A DNA stretch of 63,997 bases, the filler included, from Octopus bimaculoides (Eukaryota): assembly GCF_001194135.2 (NCBI RefSeq). It is 7 parts of 7 records of this genome, joined end to end, with 100 filler letters (N's around TTAATTAATTAA, not from the genome) between each part and the next. Parts side by side here need not be neighbours in the genome. Positions count along the whole stretch, not along the records: positions 43,509 to 52,313 come from NC_068983.1; positions 52,414 to 57,463 come from NC_068981.1; positions 57,564 to 61,503 come from NC_068990.1; 4 more parts are not named here. One strand, 5' to 3'. The translations under genes and the position numbers were made by a program. The notes beneath the pieces were generated by a model, which was given only the letters and a program-made list of their open reading frames with translations, was not told the DNA's origin and ran no database searches. Below are positions 47,691 through 60,570 of the stretch, one piece after another. How positions within the stretch are numbered: the stretch's first letter is position 1; each line of letters starts with the position of its first letter.

Positions 47691-47915
47691 CCTATATGTT
47701 CTGATCCTGAATTGGGCAGGGGACGTATGGCCCGTGGTCCCAGCCTTGGATGAACCTTGAAGCTAATGTTGAGGTCATTTGGACAATGCTAGCGGTATAT
47801 ATCCACGTCGTGCAAATGATGTACCGCTCGCGGCGGCGCTGGAGAGAGTAGAGTTTCAAGGCTTTAAGACGGTACCAGTAATCGAGATCAATCATGTCTT
47901 TAATTCGTTTAGTGA
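47690..47915 (-). mobile_element. CR1-type ORF2 C-terminal fragment in inverted orientation
   Basis: LDYWYRLKALKLYSLQRRRERY. Confidence 0.85.
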
Positions 47916-48868
47916 ATGCCCTCCATTCACTCACACCTACAACTCAATCCCCCACTATTACCTGCCCATCCTTTCCCCTGCACACCTACCGTTCCCTCAT
48001 CTCTGCCCCTCTCTCAATCTCCTCTCTGTCCCCTTACATTTCTCTTGTCACCCTCTTTTGTCTCTTCCCTCCCACAACTTGCTTCCCCCTCACCTACCCA
48101 ACTTATTCTCATTTCCCTGCGCTCATTCTTCCATCACACCTCTGCTCTGTCTATACTTACATTCAAAAGCCAACTGAACACACAACCACAGCCACACACA
48201 AGGAAGATGAAAAGAAATTGGAAGTCTACAAAGATAGGATTGTTCCTACGTGCCTGGGAACTCGCAGAATGCAATTCGCCAAATAATTTAATTACAGCTG
48301 CCCTGAAGATAAAGGGGTTTCTCCAGATCTGTAGCACAAATAGAGCAGAAGAAGAAGGAGTTTATCCGATCTTATACGCTCGTACGGCCACAGCTGCAGA
48401 AACTGGACATCATTTCCAAAAGTGGCGAAAATAATGATGACACTGCCTGTGAGAAACCTCACACAGAAAGCAGTGGCAACGTCGACACCAAAGATAAAAA
48501 GCTCAACAAGTAAGGAAGCGAGAGAAGTGTGAACAACCACAGTCACAATACCTCTCAAAGCAACAATGTAGAAGTAGAAAAAGAAGAAACCAAACAAAAG
48601 CGAAGTGAAAATGGTTCTAAAATAAAAGCCCAAATCTGAAATATAAACCCACCGCTAGAGCTGAATCAATCACTCACGCAACGAAAGAAAGAACCATGCT
48701 CGAAAAAAATCTACATCCCAGCACAAACCTGCAGAAAAGAAGGTCAAACATAAGTCATATGCAGATGCAGTACAAACTGCAGCGGTTGAGCAACAAAATT
48801 TTATAAGTGTGACACAGGAAATAGGGCAACGGTTGTCATGACTACAGACAAAGCCGAACTATGTACTC

Positions 48869-50005
48869 TTGCATGCAAGACTGCCACAATTGATGAACCT
48901 TGGTTGGCCATCCATCACACCAACACCAACGCTATTTCTACTAATGAATATAAGACGCCTGCTACAGAACAACAAATGCAAAATTGCGCTCTTGAAGAAT
49001 CTTTCTGCGTGTAAGCAAGCTATATGCATTGCACTTACAGAAACACATCTGTCTGCAGACACAAATGATGCGGAGATACACATACCAATGTATGCTATCT
49101 TCCGTACGGACAGAAGAAAAAGAAGTCATGGTGGAGTGGCAATGTACATCTGCGAAGATGTCACACCATTAACCCTGTTATCAAACTCGAACTCATAGTA
49201 CATCTAAAGCAACTTGATATTGTGATGTGCACACTATATCGCCCACCTGATGCCTCAAATCATAATGAAACATTTGAGGAAAGCCTCAGTGTGATAAAGG
49301 AAGTACTAACACAATTGGATCAACGTACTACTACACTCCTGATGGGTGACTTCAACTTCGCCAGCATCAAATGGTCTGAGGGCAACATAACCCCAGTAAT
49401 GACTCACAAAAAGCGAAATCAAGCAGAATCTCTACCTGATCTTACGAAAATGCTATTCATGGAGCAGATCATACTCTCTCTAACTAGGCACAAAAATATC
49501 CTGGACCTCTGTTTTACAAACAATGTGGAAATTATCCACAACTTAAATATATCACCGACAATATTCTCAGACCATACCAGGATAGAACTGACAATGTGTA
49601 ACCCGGAATTAACTAAAGATAAATTCCGCACAGAAGGTGCTCAAACCCTATCCAGCCTAAATTTCTATAAAGCTGACTGAAAGTCACTTGAAAACCAGAT
49701 ACTCAAGCACGACTGGCTTAAAAGCCTCTCTATGCAAGACATGGATATGAAACTCAATAAATTCATTTCAATAATGTGAGCCATATGCATTAAATATGTC
49801 CCAGAGAAGGGAGCCAATACACACAAAACATTATTCCCCGAAACAAGAGAATACTCATGCGATGGGGAATAAAGATCTCGAATCGTTTAAACAAACACCT
49901 TAATGACAGTGTGATCTCTTCGAGATTGAAATTAAACTCAAAATCTCCCATAAGAAAAAAAGAGAAGAAAGAGAAACATGGGCAGTCGAAAATATAAAAT
50001 GAAAT
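48869..50005 (+). mobile_element. CR1-type LINE APE endonuclease, truncated before RT; 47915-48868 is probably its 5'/ORF1 region
   Basis: LLMNIRRL, ALTETHL, FRTDR..HGGVAMY, LYRPPD, MGDFN, NILDLCFTN, FSDH. Confidence 0.92.
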
Positions 50006-51930
50006 CCTAAAGCTTTTCGTTAGGATGTACAGTATATACTCTATCAATTGTTGTACTCAACTTAATCTCAGAATGATCTTGGACCTTTCTACCTATTTTG
50101 CGTCTATTCCATTTATCATTAATGCATGTGTAATAAGAAGGAAACTTGTGATATTGTGAAATTGTCCCCCCGACACTGATTAAAGAAGTCTGTTTAAATG
50201 GTGTCCTTTGGATTTTTAATTTGATTTGCAGCTGTCTCAGCAGTGAAGGAAAGCATTGTCCATTTTCTAAATGCATAGAAAGTTATTGAATGGTTGGGTG
50301 CCTTTCGTAGATTAGAAATCCAAATATGCGCCAGAAGGCCTCATTACTGCTTATGTATCTCCCTAGTTGGTATTGCTTAACTTCCTCGTTAATGTTTTCT
50401 TGAAAGGCGAAAGAAGCAGCTTCACTGCCTTTATTTATGTATTTGCATATATACTTTATGCTCTTCATATAGTTGCAATACTCTGTATTGATGTGATCAA
50501 CGAAAGTCTTTGACAGACATGGGCAATAAGGAACTACCCATCGATTGTCTACTTCACAATTTCCAACTTTGGTTTGCTCTCCTCCATCTTCTACTTCCTT
50601 TCTTCTGTATGTGGGATATCCATCATTGCCAAACTGAGTGTGATAAGTAAAATTCTTTGGATATTTTTTGTGCATTTCCCTTCCTTCATGCATGGTGACT
50701 GAGGGTTTTGAGCACTACAAGGGCCATGAACCATATGAGATACCACGATGTCATAGAATGTCCGATCTATGGCAGCATTAGGAATTTCGGCCTAACTTAC
50801 AGAATCAATTTGATTTAATTTTTGTGCATAGCCAAAGTAAAATATGGGCATGAGGTAACCCTTTTTTCTGCCATTCCACTGTATACATGGAACAGCGAGC
50901 TTCCCCAAGGATATATGACTTTGAAAAGAGGTGCACCATCTTATTTAATTTTAAGTGAAAAACCCGTACTGTGGGATTAATGTCTATGACGTGCTCGTTG
51001 ATCGCAAAAATTCATGGTCTTCATTTTCTAGTGGTAAAATTCTCCCAATTTGATTATATACTTGCCCTAGGATTTTGAAGGCGTGCATGAGTCCTCCCTC
51101 ATTCACAATATTTACTCCAAATGAGGTCATTTAGAAAGCATTAATATAGTATTGCATTTTTTGTAGAAAATGCTTTGGATGCTGGTGTGGTGAGTTCCAC
51201 GAAGAAATTTTTCAGGGCTTCAGGAGGGTTAGGAAAAAAAGGCAGCATAATTTTCCTCTTCCTGCAGCATACCCCAAGTCGTTCATTTAACCAATTTTAC
51301 CACCATAGTAACAGCACTGGTGACACATTGAGCCAATTTAAGATTCATAGCAATGAAAGGAGTTGTAATTGAAAGCAGGAAGATGCCGTTGCTGATGCGA
51401 CCTACCTTCGTTTTGTCTGATCCGGTCATTTTCACGTCTATTTGCAATTTCTAGTGGTGTTTCTTGCAGACATGTGATGCTCTTCGAAGACGAGCAATTG
51501 CAAGTTGAGCATTTCTTTGATTTTCGTTTTCTGCTGCACGTCGAGCTACCATCATTTGTTGGCTATCTGCACGTAGTGCATTACTTTGATATTCGTTTTC
51601 TGCTGCACATCAAACTGCCCTTCTTTGTTGGCTGTCTGCACGTTGTGCATTTCTTTGATCTTCGTTTTCTTCTGCACGTCGAGTTGCTATCCTTTGTTGG
51701 CTATCTGAACGTTGTGCATTTCTTTGATCTTCGTTTTCTGTTACACATCGACTGCCATTCTTTGTTGGCTATCAGCAAGTCGTGCATCTCTTTGATGTTC
51801 GGTTTCCAATGCATGTCGAGCTTTCTTTCTTTGTCTATCATCTGTAAACCTTGTACGTCTCTCATCTTCGTTTTCTGCAGCACGTCTTGCCTTTCTTTGG
51901 TGTTCGTTTCTTGACGCTCTTTTTTAGGAG
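50005..51930 (-). mobile_element. Helitron RepHel fragment (N-terminal repeats and Rep domain; internally deleted, helicase absent)
   Basis: YTVEWQKKGLPHAHILLWL (HUH motif), VHGPCSAQNPQSPCM, DGYPTYRR, VDNRWVVPY, SIKYICKYINKG, RYISSNEAFWRI, HLENGQ, RVYTVHP. Confidence 0.93.
51510..51830 (-). repeat. 69-bp tandem repeat (about 5 units) inside the Helitron 5' coding region
   Basis: The unit TTGATCTTCGTTTTC...GTTGTGCATTTCT recurs every 69 nt; the minus strand encodes ENEDQRNAQRADSQQR-like 23-mers. Confidence 0.85.
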
Positions 51931-52413
51931 ATATTTCTTTTGATAACGAATATCAGTATTTAATAATCAAATGAAATTTCAAATGCTGTGTCCTGTCAGT
52001 GTTAGCGCTAAATGTTTGGCGCTATATTACAGGAGTGTAAGGCAAGGCGTTGTGTGATAGAGAAATGTAACTGTAGCAGTCGGTAGTTAAAGCTAAGCAG
52101 ATCTGTAAGTTGGAACGCATGTTGTTGATGTGAATTGTCTTTTTCTGGGTGTGTCGATGTTTTCATTTCCATGTCAGCTTCTGTCTGTGTGTGTCTTATG
52201 CGTCTTGCTTCGCTGTCGGATTTTCTCTGCCTATCTCAAAGAAGTTTGTATATTTCTATCTGAACCGACAAGCTAGAAAAATAGCTATAGAACAATAGAC
52301 TTACCGAATTCAGNNNNNNNNNNNNNNNNNNNNNNNNNNNNNNNNNNNNNNNNNNNNTTAATTAATTAANNNNNNNNNNNNNNNNNNNNNNNNNNNNNNN
52401 NNNNNNNNNNNNN

Positions 52414-52450
<37 letters not shown>

Positions 52451-52481
52451 CATACATACATACACACACACACACGCACAC

Positions 52482-52512
<31 letters not shown>

Positions 52513-52692
52513 TTTATATACATATATATATTGATAACAGTATGACTCAGCTTCATACTTTTCGTGGGCGCGTAGGACTTACCCATCGTATTACATATCG
52601 GAAGAACAGTCTTAATAATACATGTAGCACATAACAAATAGGTTAAGTGCCTTTTTCATTCATCACTCACTTATCTATCTATCAATCTACCA

Positions 52693-52734
<42 letters not shown>

Positions 52735-52929
52735 GTTTTTGTCCCCTACCACCATTCGAGAACCGGCTTTGGTTTGTTTTCGTCCTCTCCATGCTTTTAT
52801 TATACGCCTTCCCACGGGCGGTACAATTTCCATCTACCAAAATAACTTTCAACTCTGGTAGTAAAAGACACTTGCCGAAGATGCTGTCCCCTGAGAGCAA
52901 ACAACCGCTGCAGATCTAATTCTTTAACC

Positions 52930-54322
52930 ATTGTCTACTCTTTACTCTTTACTCTTTTACTTGTTTCAGTCATTTGACTGTGGCCATGTTGGAGCACCGC
53001 CTTTAGTCGAGCAAATCGACCCCAGGACTTATTCTTTGTAAGCCTAGTACTTATTCTATCGGTCTCTTTGGTGAGCCGCTAAGTTACGGGGACGTAAACA
53101 TACTAGCATCGGTTGTCAAGTGATGTTGGGGTGACAAACATAGACACACAAACATGCACACACACACACACNNNNNNNNNNNNNNNNNNNNNNNNNNNNN
53201 NNNNNNNNNNNNNNNNNNNNNNNNNNNNNNNNNNNNNNNNNNNNNNNNNNNNNNNNNNNNNNNNNNNNNNNNNNNNNNNNNNNNNNNNNNNNNNNNNNNN
53301 NNNNNNNNNNNNNNNNNNNNNNNNNNNNNNNNNNNNNNNNNNNNNNNNNNNNNNNNNNNNNNNNNNNNNNNNNNNNNNNNNNNNNNNNNNNNNNNNNNNN
53401 NNNNNNNNNNNNNNNNNNNNNNNNNNNNNNNNNNNNNNNNNNNNNNNNNNNNNNNNNNNNNNNNNNNNNNNNNNNNNNNNNNNNNNNNNNNNNNNNNNNN
53501 NNNNNNNNNNNNNNNNNNNNNNNNNNNNNNNNNNNNNNNNNNNNNNNNNNNNNNNNNNNNNNNNNNNNNNNNNNNNNNNNNNNNNNNNNNNNNNNNNNNN
53601 NNNNNNNNNNNNNNNNNNNNNNNNNNNNNNNNNNNNNNNNNNNNNNNNNNNNNNNNNNNNNNNNNNNNNNNNNNNNNNNNNNNNNNNNNNNNNNNNNNNN
53701 NNNNNNNNNNNNNNNNNNNNNNNNNNNNNNNNNNNNNNNNNNNNNNNNNNNNNNNNNNNNNNNNNNNNNNNNNNNNNNNNNNNNNNNNNNNNNNNNNNNN
53801 NNNNNNNNNNNNNNNNNNNNNNNNNNNNNNNNNNNNNNNNNNNNNNNNNNNNNNNNNNNNNNNNNNNNNNNNNNNNNNNNNNNNNNNNNNNNNNNNNNNN
53901 NNNNNNNNNNNNNNNAATAAACAAACGCACCACAAGCTATCAAGCAATGGATGAGATGTCAAACATAATCACACACACACACACACACACGCACGCACAC
54001 ACACACAGACACACAGACACACACACGCACACACAGACACACAGACACACACACACAGACGCACGCGCACACACACACACGCACGCACACACACACACGC
54101 TCACACACACACACATAAATGAAAAAAATATATATATAAATGTATATCTATCTATCTGTCTGTCTATCTATATAAATGACCGGCTTCCACACAGTTTCCA
54201 TCGATAAGAATTCACTCACAAGGCATTCGTCGGTTGGGAGCTTGCCCAAGATGTTAGACAGTGGGACTGAACTTGAAACCACATGGCTGCAAAGCGGGCT
54301 CCTTAACCACACAGCCATGCTT
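52930..54322 (-). mobile_element. SINE family A tail (52930-53171) and head (54170-54322) separated by an N gap and CA repeat
   Basis: Reverse-complement match to family A. Confidence 0.8.
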
Positions 54323-54619
54323 GCAACAGTTTGTCTCTGTTTTTGTTATTTTTCTTCTTATGTATTTTTTTTAAATCAAAAATTTTTTTTTTTTTGGAAA
54401 TCGAAGAATGAGTCAAAATTTTATTAATAATAAGAGAGGAAAACTAAATCAATTAGAAATCTCAGTTGACTAATAAATATAATGATAATTCTATTACAAA
54501 GAAAGAACGAAAATGAAACAGAAATAATAAAAGACTAATCTCATTGTTTTATGTATGTATGTATGTATGTATGTATGTATGTATGTATGTATGTATGTAT
54601 GTATGTATGTATGTGTGTG

Positions 54620-54650
<31 letters not shown>

Positions 54651-54680
54651 ATATGTGTGTATTGTGACGTTGTTCCTTAC

Positions 54681-54903
54681 GTTCTTCCTGTCTGTTAGTG
54701 ACGTTGAATTTCCCGTGTTTCCGGATCTTGAATATTGTGTTTGAAGAGTATCACTCTCGTCTTTTCTGCTCCTGGCGGTGTCGGCGGTATTATTATTATT
54801 GTTGTTGTCGTTGTTGCGGTTGATGATGATGATGGATACCAATGTTGTTGTTATTGTTGGCGTTGATGATGTTATCCCAAGACTAGCCCGTTGTGAGCAG
54901 GAC
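54681..54903 (-). CDS. Candidate low-complexity (Thr/Asn-rich) exon of an unidentified gene
   Basis: Single open frame of 74 codons, AAC|gtaagg donor, weak acceptor; composition differs from the flanks. Confidence 0.3.
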
Positions 54904-55134
54904 CTACGCTCAAAAGATTACTCATCGATCCCTATTATTTGTGTTTGGTTTTCTTTTATATTATCCAATGAGTCATGTTGTTTTCAGGCACCAGGGAATA
55001 TAGGGCTTGAGAGATATTTTGATGTTATTATTAACAAATGGAGTGAGCTCTGATGTCTAACAACACCGAGGGAGAGGGGGAGAGAAGGAGAAAGAGAGTA
55101 TATGTGTATGCATGAGAGAGAGTGAAAGAGAGAG

Positions 55135-55387
55135 TGAGAGAGAGAGAATGAGTGTGTTATTTCTTTACTACCCACAAGGGGCTACACACAGAGGGGACAA
55201 ACAAGGACATACAAACAGATTAAGTCGATTATATCGACCCCAGTGCGTAACTGGTACTTATTTAATCGGCCCCGAAAAGATGAAAAGCAAAATCGACCTC
55301 GGCGGAATTTGAACTCAGAACGTAGAGGCAGACGAAATACCGCTAAGCATTTCGCCTGGTGTGCTAACGTTTCTGCCAGCTCGCCGC
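55135..55387 (-). mobile_element. SINE family B, well-preserved copy
   Basis: The minus strand reads GCGGCGAGCTGGCAGAAACGTTAGCAC...GAGTTCAAATTCCGCCGAGGTCGA...TAAGTACCAG; B-box-like GAGTTCAAATTCC. Confidence 0.85.
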
Positions 55388-56399
55388 NNNNNNNNNNNNN
55401 NNNNNNNNNNNNNNNNNNNNNNNNNNNNNNNNNNNNNNNNNNNNNNNNNNNNNNNNNNNNNNNNNNNNNNNNNNNNNNNNNNNNNNNNNNNNNNNNNNNN
55501 NNNNNNNNNNNNNNNNNNNNNNNNNNNNNNNNNNNNNNNNNNNNNNNNNNNNNNNNNNNNNNNNNNNNNNNNNNNNNNNNNNNNNNNNNNNNNNNNNNNN
55601 NNNNNNNNNNNNNNNNNNNNNNNNNNNNNNNNNNNNNNNNNNNNNNNNNNNNNNNNNNNNNNNNNNNNNNNNNNNNNNNNNNNNNNNNNNNNNNNNNNNN
55701 NNNNNNNNNNNNNNNNNNNNNNNNNNNNNNNNNNNNNNNNNNNNNNNNNNNNNNNNNNNNNNNNNNNNNNNNNNNNNNNNNNNNNNNNNNNNNNNNNNNN
55801 NNNNNNNNNNNNNNNNNNNNNNNNNNNNNNNNNNNNNNNNNNNNNNNNNNNNNNNNNNNNNNNNNNNNNNNNNNNNNNNNNNNNNNNNNNNNNNNNNNNN
55901 NNNNNNNNNNNNNNNNNNNNNNNNNNNNNNNNNNNNNNNNNNTGTTGCTTTAGATGTATATATTGGTATCTACAACAAAAAGCATCTAGGTTTATTTCTC
56001 TAACATTTTACATAGTTCAACCTACACGAGTTAATGTCTGAAAAACAAAAGAATTTTAAAAGAGGTACCTATAAAACTAGGTTTTAAGCACAAAATGGCG
56101 ATGGGGTTCACCATAAAAGAATTGTAATCAAAGAGGTCCAAAATTTAAAAAAAAAACGACTGAGAGCACACCCCCCCTGCTCTAAAGCAAGTGTATCAAA
56201 TATACTGTACGTGACTGAGCCCCGAACCATGTGGTTTCGAAACAAGCTTCTTACCACACAACCACGCCTTTAGTTTGTATATTATGATATTACAGCCACG
56301 CCTGTACATAAGGTGTATATGATGATATGAAGTAACCTTTTATTCAATTTCTTAATTGTAGCAAGACTATAAAACAAAAACAATCATTTATCGATAATA

Positions 56400-56613
56400 C
56401 GAGGGGTGCTGAAAAGCCCCTGGCTTTGGGTAAAAGAAAATACAGGAGGATCAGTTAATCACGATTTTATTCAACATATTCCCCTCTCAGATTCATACAC
56501 TTATTGCAGCGGCCCTCTAATTTTTCTAAAACCTGTAAAAGAACTCAGAAGGCTGGGCTTCCAACCAGGCTTTCGTGATACCTTTAAAGCCAGAAACTTT
56601 TCATCACCCCTCG
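56400..56613. mobile_element. Mariner-type MITE, 214 bp, 28-bp TIRs, TA TSD
   Basis: TA|CGAGGGGTGCTGAAAAGCCCCTGGCTTT ... AAAGCCAGAAACTTTTCATCACCCCTCG|TA; 24 of 28 positions match. Confidence 0.9.
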
Positions 56614-57073
56614 TACATGACATGTACAGATTGAAAACATGTTTGTATTGTTTTGTGGCATTACATGTATAATCAGTATTTTTAATGTTGATGACGAAAG
56701 CGTATATTCCAACCGACCTCACAAAGAAACTTTGTTTTCTTTTCTCCCACCGAATAACCTTTAAATTATGACTTCTAAAACTATTTCCTGTGGTATTTTT
56801 GTTGTGACTTCTTTGTGAATATTTCAAAGTAAAAAAAAAAAAAAAATTCTTTTGATACACCTTAAGGCCCCGAAGAGATGAATGTAAAAGGTGAATTCGG
56901 CAGAATTTGAGTTCCGTGCGTAGAGGGTCGAAACGAATAGCGAAAGCCAGCCTACTCAACGCTCTAACGCAAGGTTGTAAAATGTACGGTAGGTGGGCCA
57001 GGTCTGCTCAGTGGCAATGATTAGATCAGTCTCCAACGCAATTTCATGTCTATCTATCTATCTATCTATCTAC

Positions 57074-57106
<33 letters not shown>

Positions 57107-57824
57107 ACTAAGGTTCAGTCGAATGAGGTACTTAAATTGAGGCATCTCATTAGGTCGGAATAATATACGCACACAACAATATTTAAATATCAAACTTGGT
57201 ACTTAATTACCGACCGAATAATATTCTTGCAGTGTATGTTGACAATCAGACCCAGCTGAGCGACGAAATATGCCCTTGAGCTATTCAGACATGTACATTA
57301 TATTAAACATGCAGTCCATAATATTTACGACGGTCAGATTCCGTGACAGGTGAATAAATATAAATAAGTAACAGTAGAAGTAATGGATTGACACCTGTAC
57401 CTCTACTGCTACTCATTTATATATATATATATATAAACACACACACACACACACACACACACANNNNNNNNNNNNNNNNNNNNNNNNNNNNNNNNNNNNN
57501 NNNNNNNTTAATTAATTAANNNNNNNNNNNNNNNNNNNNNNNNNNNNNNNNNNNNNNNNNNNNTATTAATTTATATTTACCGTATTTTACGATTTATATA
57601 ATTAATTTATATTTACGCTCGGATTTGCGAATGTTCTTGGATCGTTGTTTCCCGAAAATCACAAAAATATTTTTCGCGGCACTCCAGGAATCTCTTAAGG
57701 CACACAGTTTGGCATACACGTTGGTTTACACCAACGTGTGGAACGTCGATTACACCTACGTTTCGAGAACAACTGCTGTTGTTACACAAACGCTAGGGAA
57801 TCTGAATGGGTTAACGGAACTTAC

Positions 57825-57913
57825 ACATCTGGGCTTTTCTTGAACTGTTCTTTTCTTCTAAAGATGGGGCTTTTCTTGAACTGTTCTTTTCTTCTAAAGA
57901 TGGGCCTTTGCGC
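57825..57913 (-). CDS. Candidate 89-nt exon of an unidentified gene, containing a 36-bp in-frame duplication
   Basis: Minus-strand TTTTATATTTCAG acceptor and GT|gtaagt donor; two frames open. Confidence 0.45.
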
Positions 57914-58029
57914 CTGAAATATAAAAGTTTTATTAAACTTCCTGTATTATCTGAAGCTTTTTATTTTCTCTCTTATTCCTTCTTCAATACTACAATACTA
58001 CAAGTGAATTACAACGCTCTTATATGTGT

Positions 58030-58265
58030 GTGTATGTGTGTCTGCGTCTCTGTGTCGTTGTGTCTGTGTTCGTCCCCCACCGGTTGACAACAGCTCTTGG
58101 TGTCTTTACGTACCTGTAAATTAGCGCTTTGGCAAAAAAAGACCAATAGAGTAACTATCAGGCTTTAAAAGATACATCCTGGGGTTGATTCGTTTGACTA
58201 AAACCCTTCAAGACGGTACCACAGCATAGCAACATTCTAATTACTGAAACGATAAAAGATAAGAA
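58030..58265 (+). mobile_element. SINE family A 3' half (diverged)
   Basis: TTCGTCCCCCACC...GGGGTTGATTCGTTTGACTAAAA...ACTGAAACGATAAAAGA. Confidence 0.7.
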
Positions 58266-58269
58266 AAAG

Positions 58270-58581
58270 ATGACCATGGGATTGTACCTAAAAATTTCCC
58301 TTCCGAGGCACAAGCACGGGCAAAGTTGTTTATGGAAGACAAGCAACCGTCCATGCATATCACCCTCCCCTATCCACGCCACCAATATTATCTAAGGGAA
58401 AGGCAAAGACTGAATCAGCTTGGCACCAGTGACATCGCAACTCATTTCTACAGGGGAGTGAACTGGAACAGCGTGAAATAAAGTGTCTTATTCAAGAACA
58501 CAACACACAACCCGGTTCGGGGATCGAACTCACTACCTCATAATTGTGAGCCCGACACTCTAACTACTGAGCTATGCACCT

Positions 58582-58582
<1 letters not shown>
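58270..58582 (-). mobile_element. Further tRNA-derived SINE (family F)
   Basis: The minus strand starts GGTGCATAGCTCAGTAGTTAGAG...GAGTTCGATCCCCG, then TTGTGTTCTTGAATAAGACACTT; no acceptor stem or CCA, and it continues into a non-tRNA body. Confidence 0.7.
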
Positions 58583-58619
<37 letters not shown>

Positions 58620-59329
58620 TGTGTGTGTGTGTGTGTACATACAAACTGTATATCCCATCGTTGCCGGGTAAGTTTCACAATAAAATGCGTTGTCGGACTT
58701 TCGGAATAGTGCACCCACACATGTTGAATTTTCTCCGTTTTTACGGGAAAATTTCAATATATTTTTTTCACTACACGCTTGCAAATGATAGGGGGAAGCT
58801 TTTTGTAAAGGAAAAAATTTGAAAATTTATGAATTTCCCTCACTTCTCCTTCCGGATCAATTTTGTCCTTTTATTTGCACTACACACCTTTGCGCCCCAC
58901 CCCAAATGGAAGATTTATGATTCTTTCTTACTTTTTTGTGCTTCGCATATCAAAACAATGGGGGATACCTTGTTGGTTAAAAAATAAAGCCTGGAAATTG
59001 GCGATCATTACAATTCCCCCTTCCTTTGTTTTCACACATAAAATGGAACGTAATCAAAAAGCGACAGTGAGTTTAAGAAGCTTTTTTCGTTAACAACCAG
59101 CCTTCTCCATATGTCCTAAAATTGCGGCTTGTTTTTGAAATGTTTGTTTAATTATAGATTTAATATAGAAACAGTTCGAAACTGCAATTTGTTTCTGTTT
59201 ATGATTTCAAAGTAATTTTCTGACGAAAAGATGTGTAATTTAAGAGAGATTTAGCTGTTGTTTCTAGCACATCCAACGATCACCTAGTAGCTTCCTCGTT
59301 TCTTTGTCATTCTGGCAAGCATTGATGCT

Positions 59330-59690
59330 TTTCAATATCTTTCTCCCCATAAACACTTTTAAATCCAGATATAACAACCATCTTTCAACTTTTAGGCACT
59401 GTGATATGAGATATTCAACTAAAGTTTCGCCTTTAACCAGAAAACTTAAAGACAAAGGGACCACCTACAACATCAAATCGAAAATTCTTTCCAACACCAA
59501 ACCCTATATTAACGGGTCCAAAAGATGTTCAATATATTCTTTTGAAAAACTATATCTTTTAAAGAACTTGAGAGCCTCCAACGACTGTGTAAATCTCAGG
59601 AAGGAGATTTTTTGTCCTCCATTTTAAGAAATACAGCTTGACAGAATTCAAAAAATAGGCAACCGTACCATTAAGATCTTGTAACGTTTT
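59330..59690 (+). mobile_element. Penelope-like element GIY-YIG C-terminal fragment
   Basis: NTFKSRYNNHLSTFRH...LKDKG..YNIK..I....PYINGSKRC...EK...NLRKEI. Confidence 0.85.
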
Positions 59691-60570
59691 ATTATTGCAT
59701 TCATCTATTATACCGTTGGATATATTCCCTGTGTTTTTCTTTTTGTCTTTTTCCTTATGAACGTTCCCTGTTTAAACGTCATCTGCTTTAAAAGCAACTG
59801 CCAATTGGTTATGCTCTTAGCCAGAAAAAGGGCGAGATAAATTGATGTTTTGGCCTAGACACTCTAGATAGTTGTATTTCACAAGACTCATTAGTATAAA
59901 TGGTTAGCACATCTGTCACGAAAAGAAAGACAAGTTGGTTCGACTCCCACGAGTAAGGGAAAAACTACATTTTCCGTCGAGGGCTTATACGCCCCATTAT
60001 TAGACTATTTTCTTTAGCCAGTGCACGGTTATCGTTTTTAAGCTTATAAATACTATATATATANNNNNNNNNNNNNNNNNNNNNNNNNNNNNNNNNNNNN
60101 NNNNNNNNNNNNNNNNNNNNNNNNNNNNNNNNNNNNNNNNNNNNNNNNNNNNNNNNNNNNNNNNNNNNNNNNNNNNNNNNNNNNNNNNNNNNNNNNNNNN
60201 NNNNNNNNNNNNNNNNNNNNNNNNNNNNNNNNNNNNNNNNNNNNNNNNNNNNNNNNNNNNNNNNNNNNNNNNNNNNNNNNNNNNNNNNNNNNNNNNNNNN
60301 NNNNNNNNNNNNNNNNNNNNNNNNNNNNNNNNNNNNNNNNNNNNNNNNNNNNNNNNNNNNNNNNNNNNNNNNNNNNNNNNCACGCTCATATGTGTGCACG
60401 CACTTATGTGTTCGTGCTTATATGTAAGTATGTGCGTCCATATGTGTGTTTGTAACAATTTCGTTTATATAAGATCAGATAGAGACATTTTAATTAATTT
60501 ATTTACGTTCATATTCCGCATCATATGTGTGAACAACACATGTAACCATGAGCAATTGTAAGGCCCTCAT

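Noticed and set aside
59885-59954. tRNA-like sequence (TGGTTAGCAC...GGTTCGACTCCC, partial ACTCAT/ACGAGT stem)
   Set aside because: The anticodon arm does not pair and the T arm is incomplete; at best a SINE head or tRNA pseudogene.
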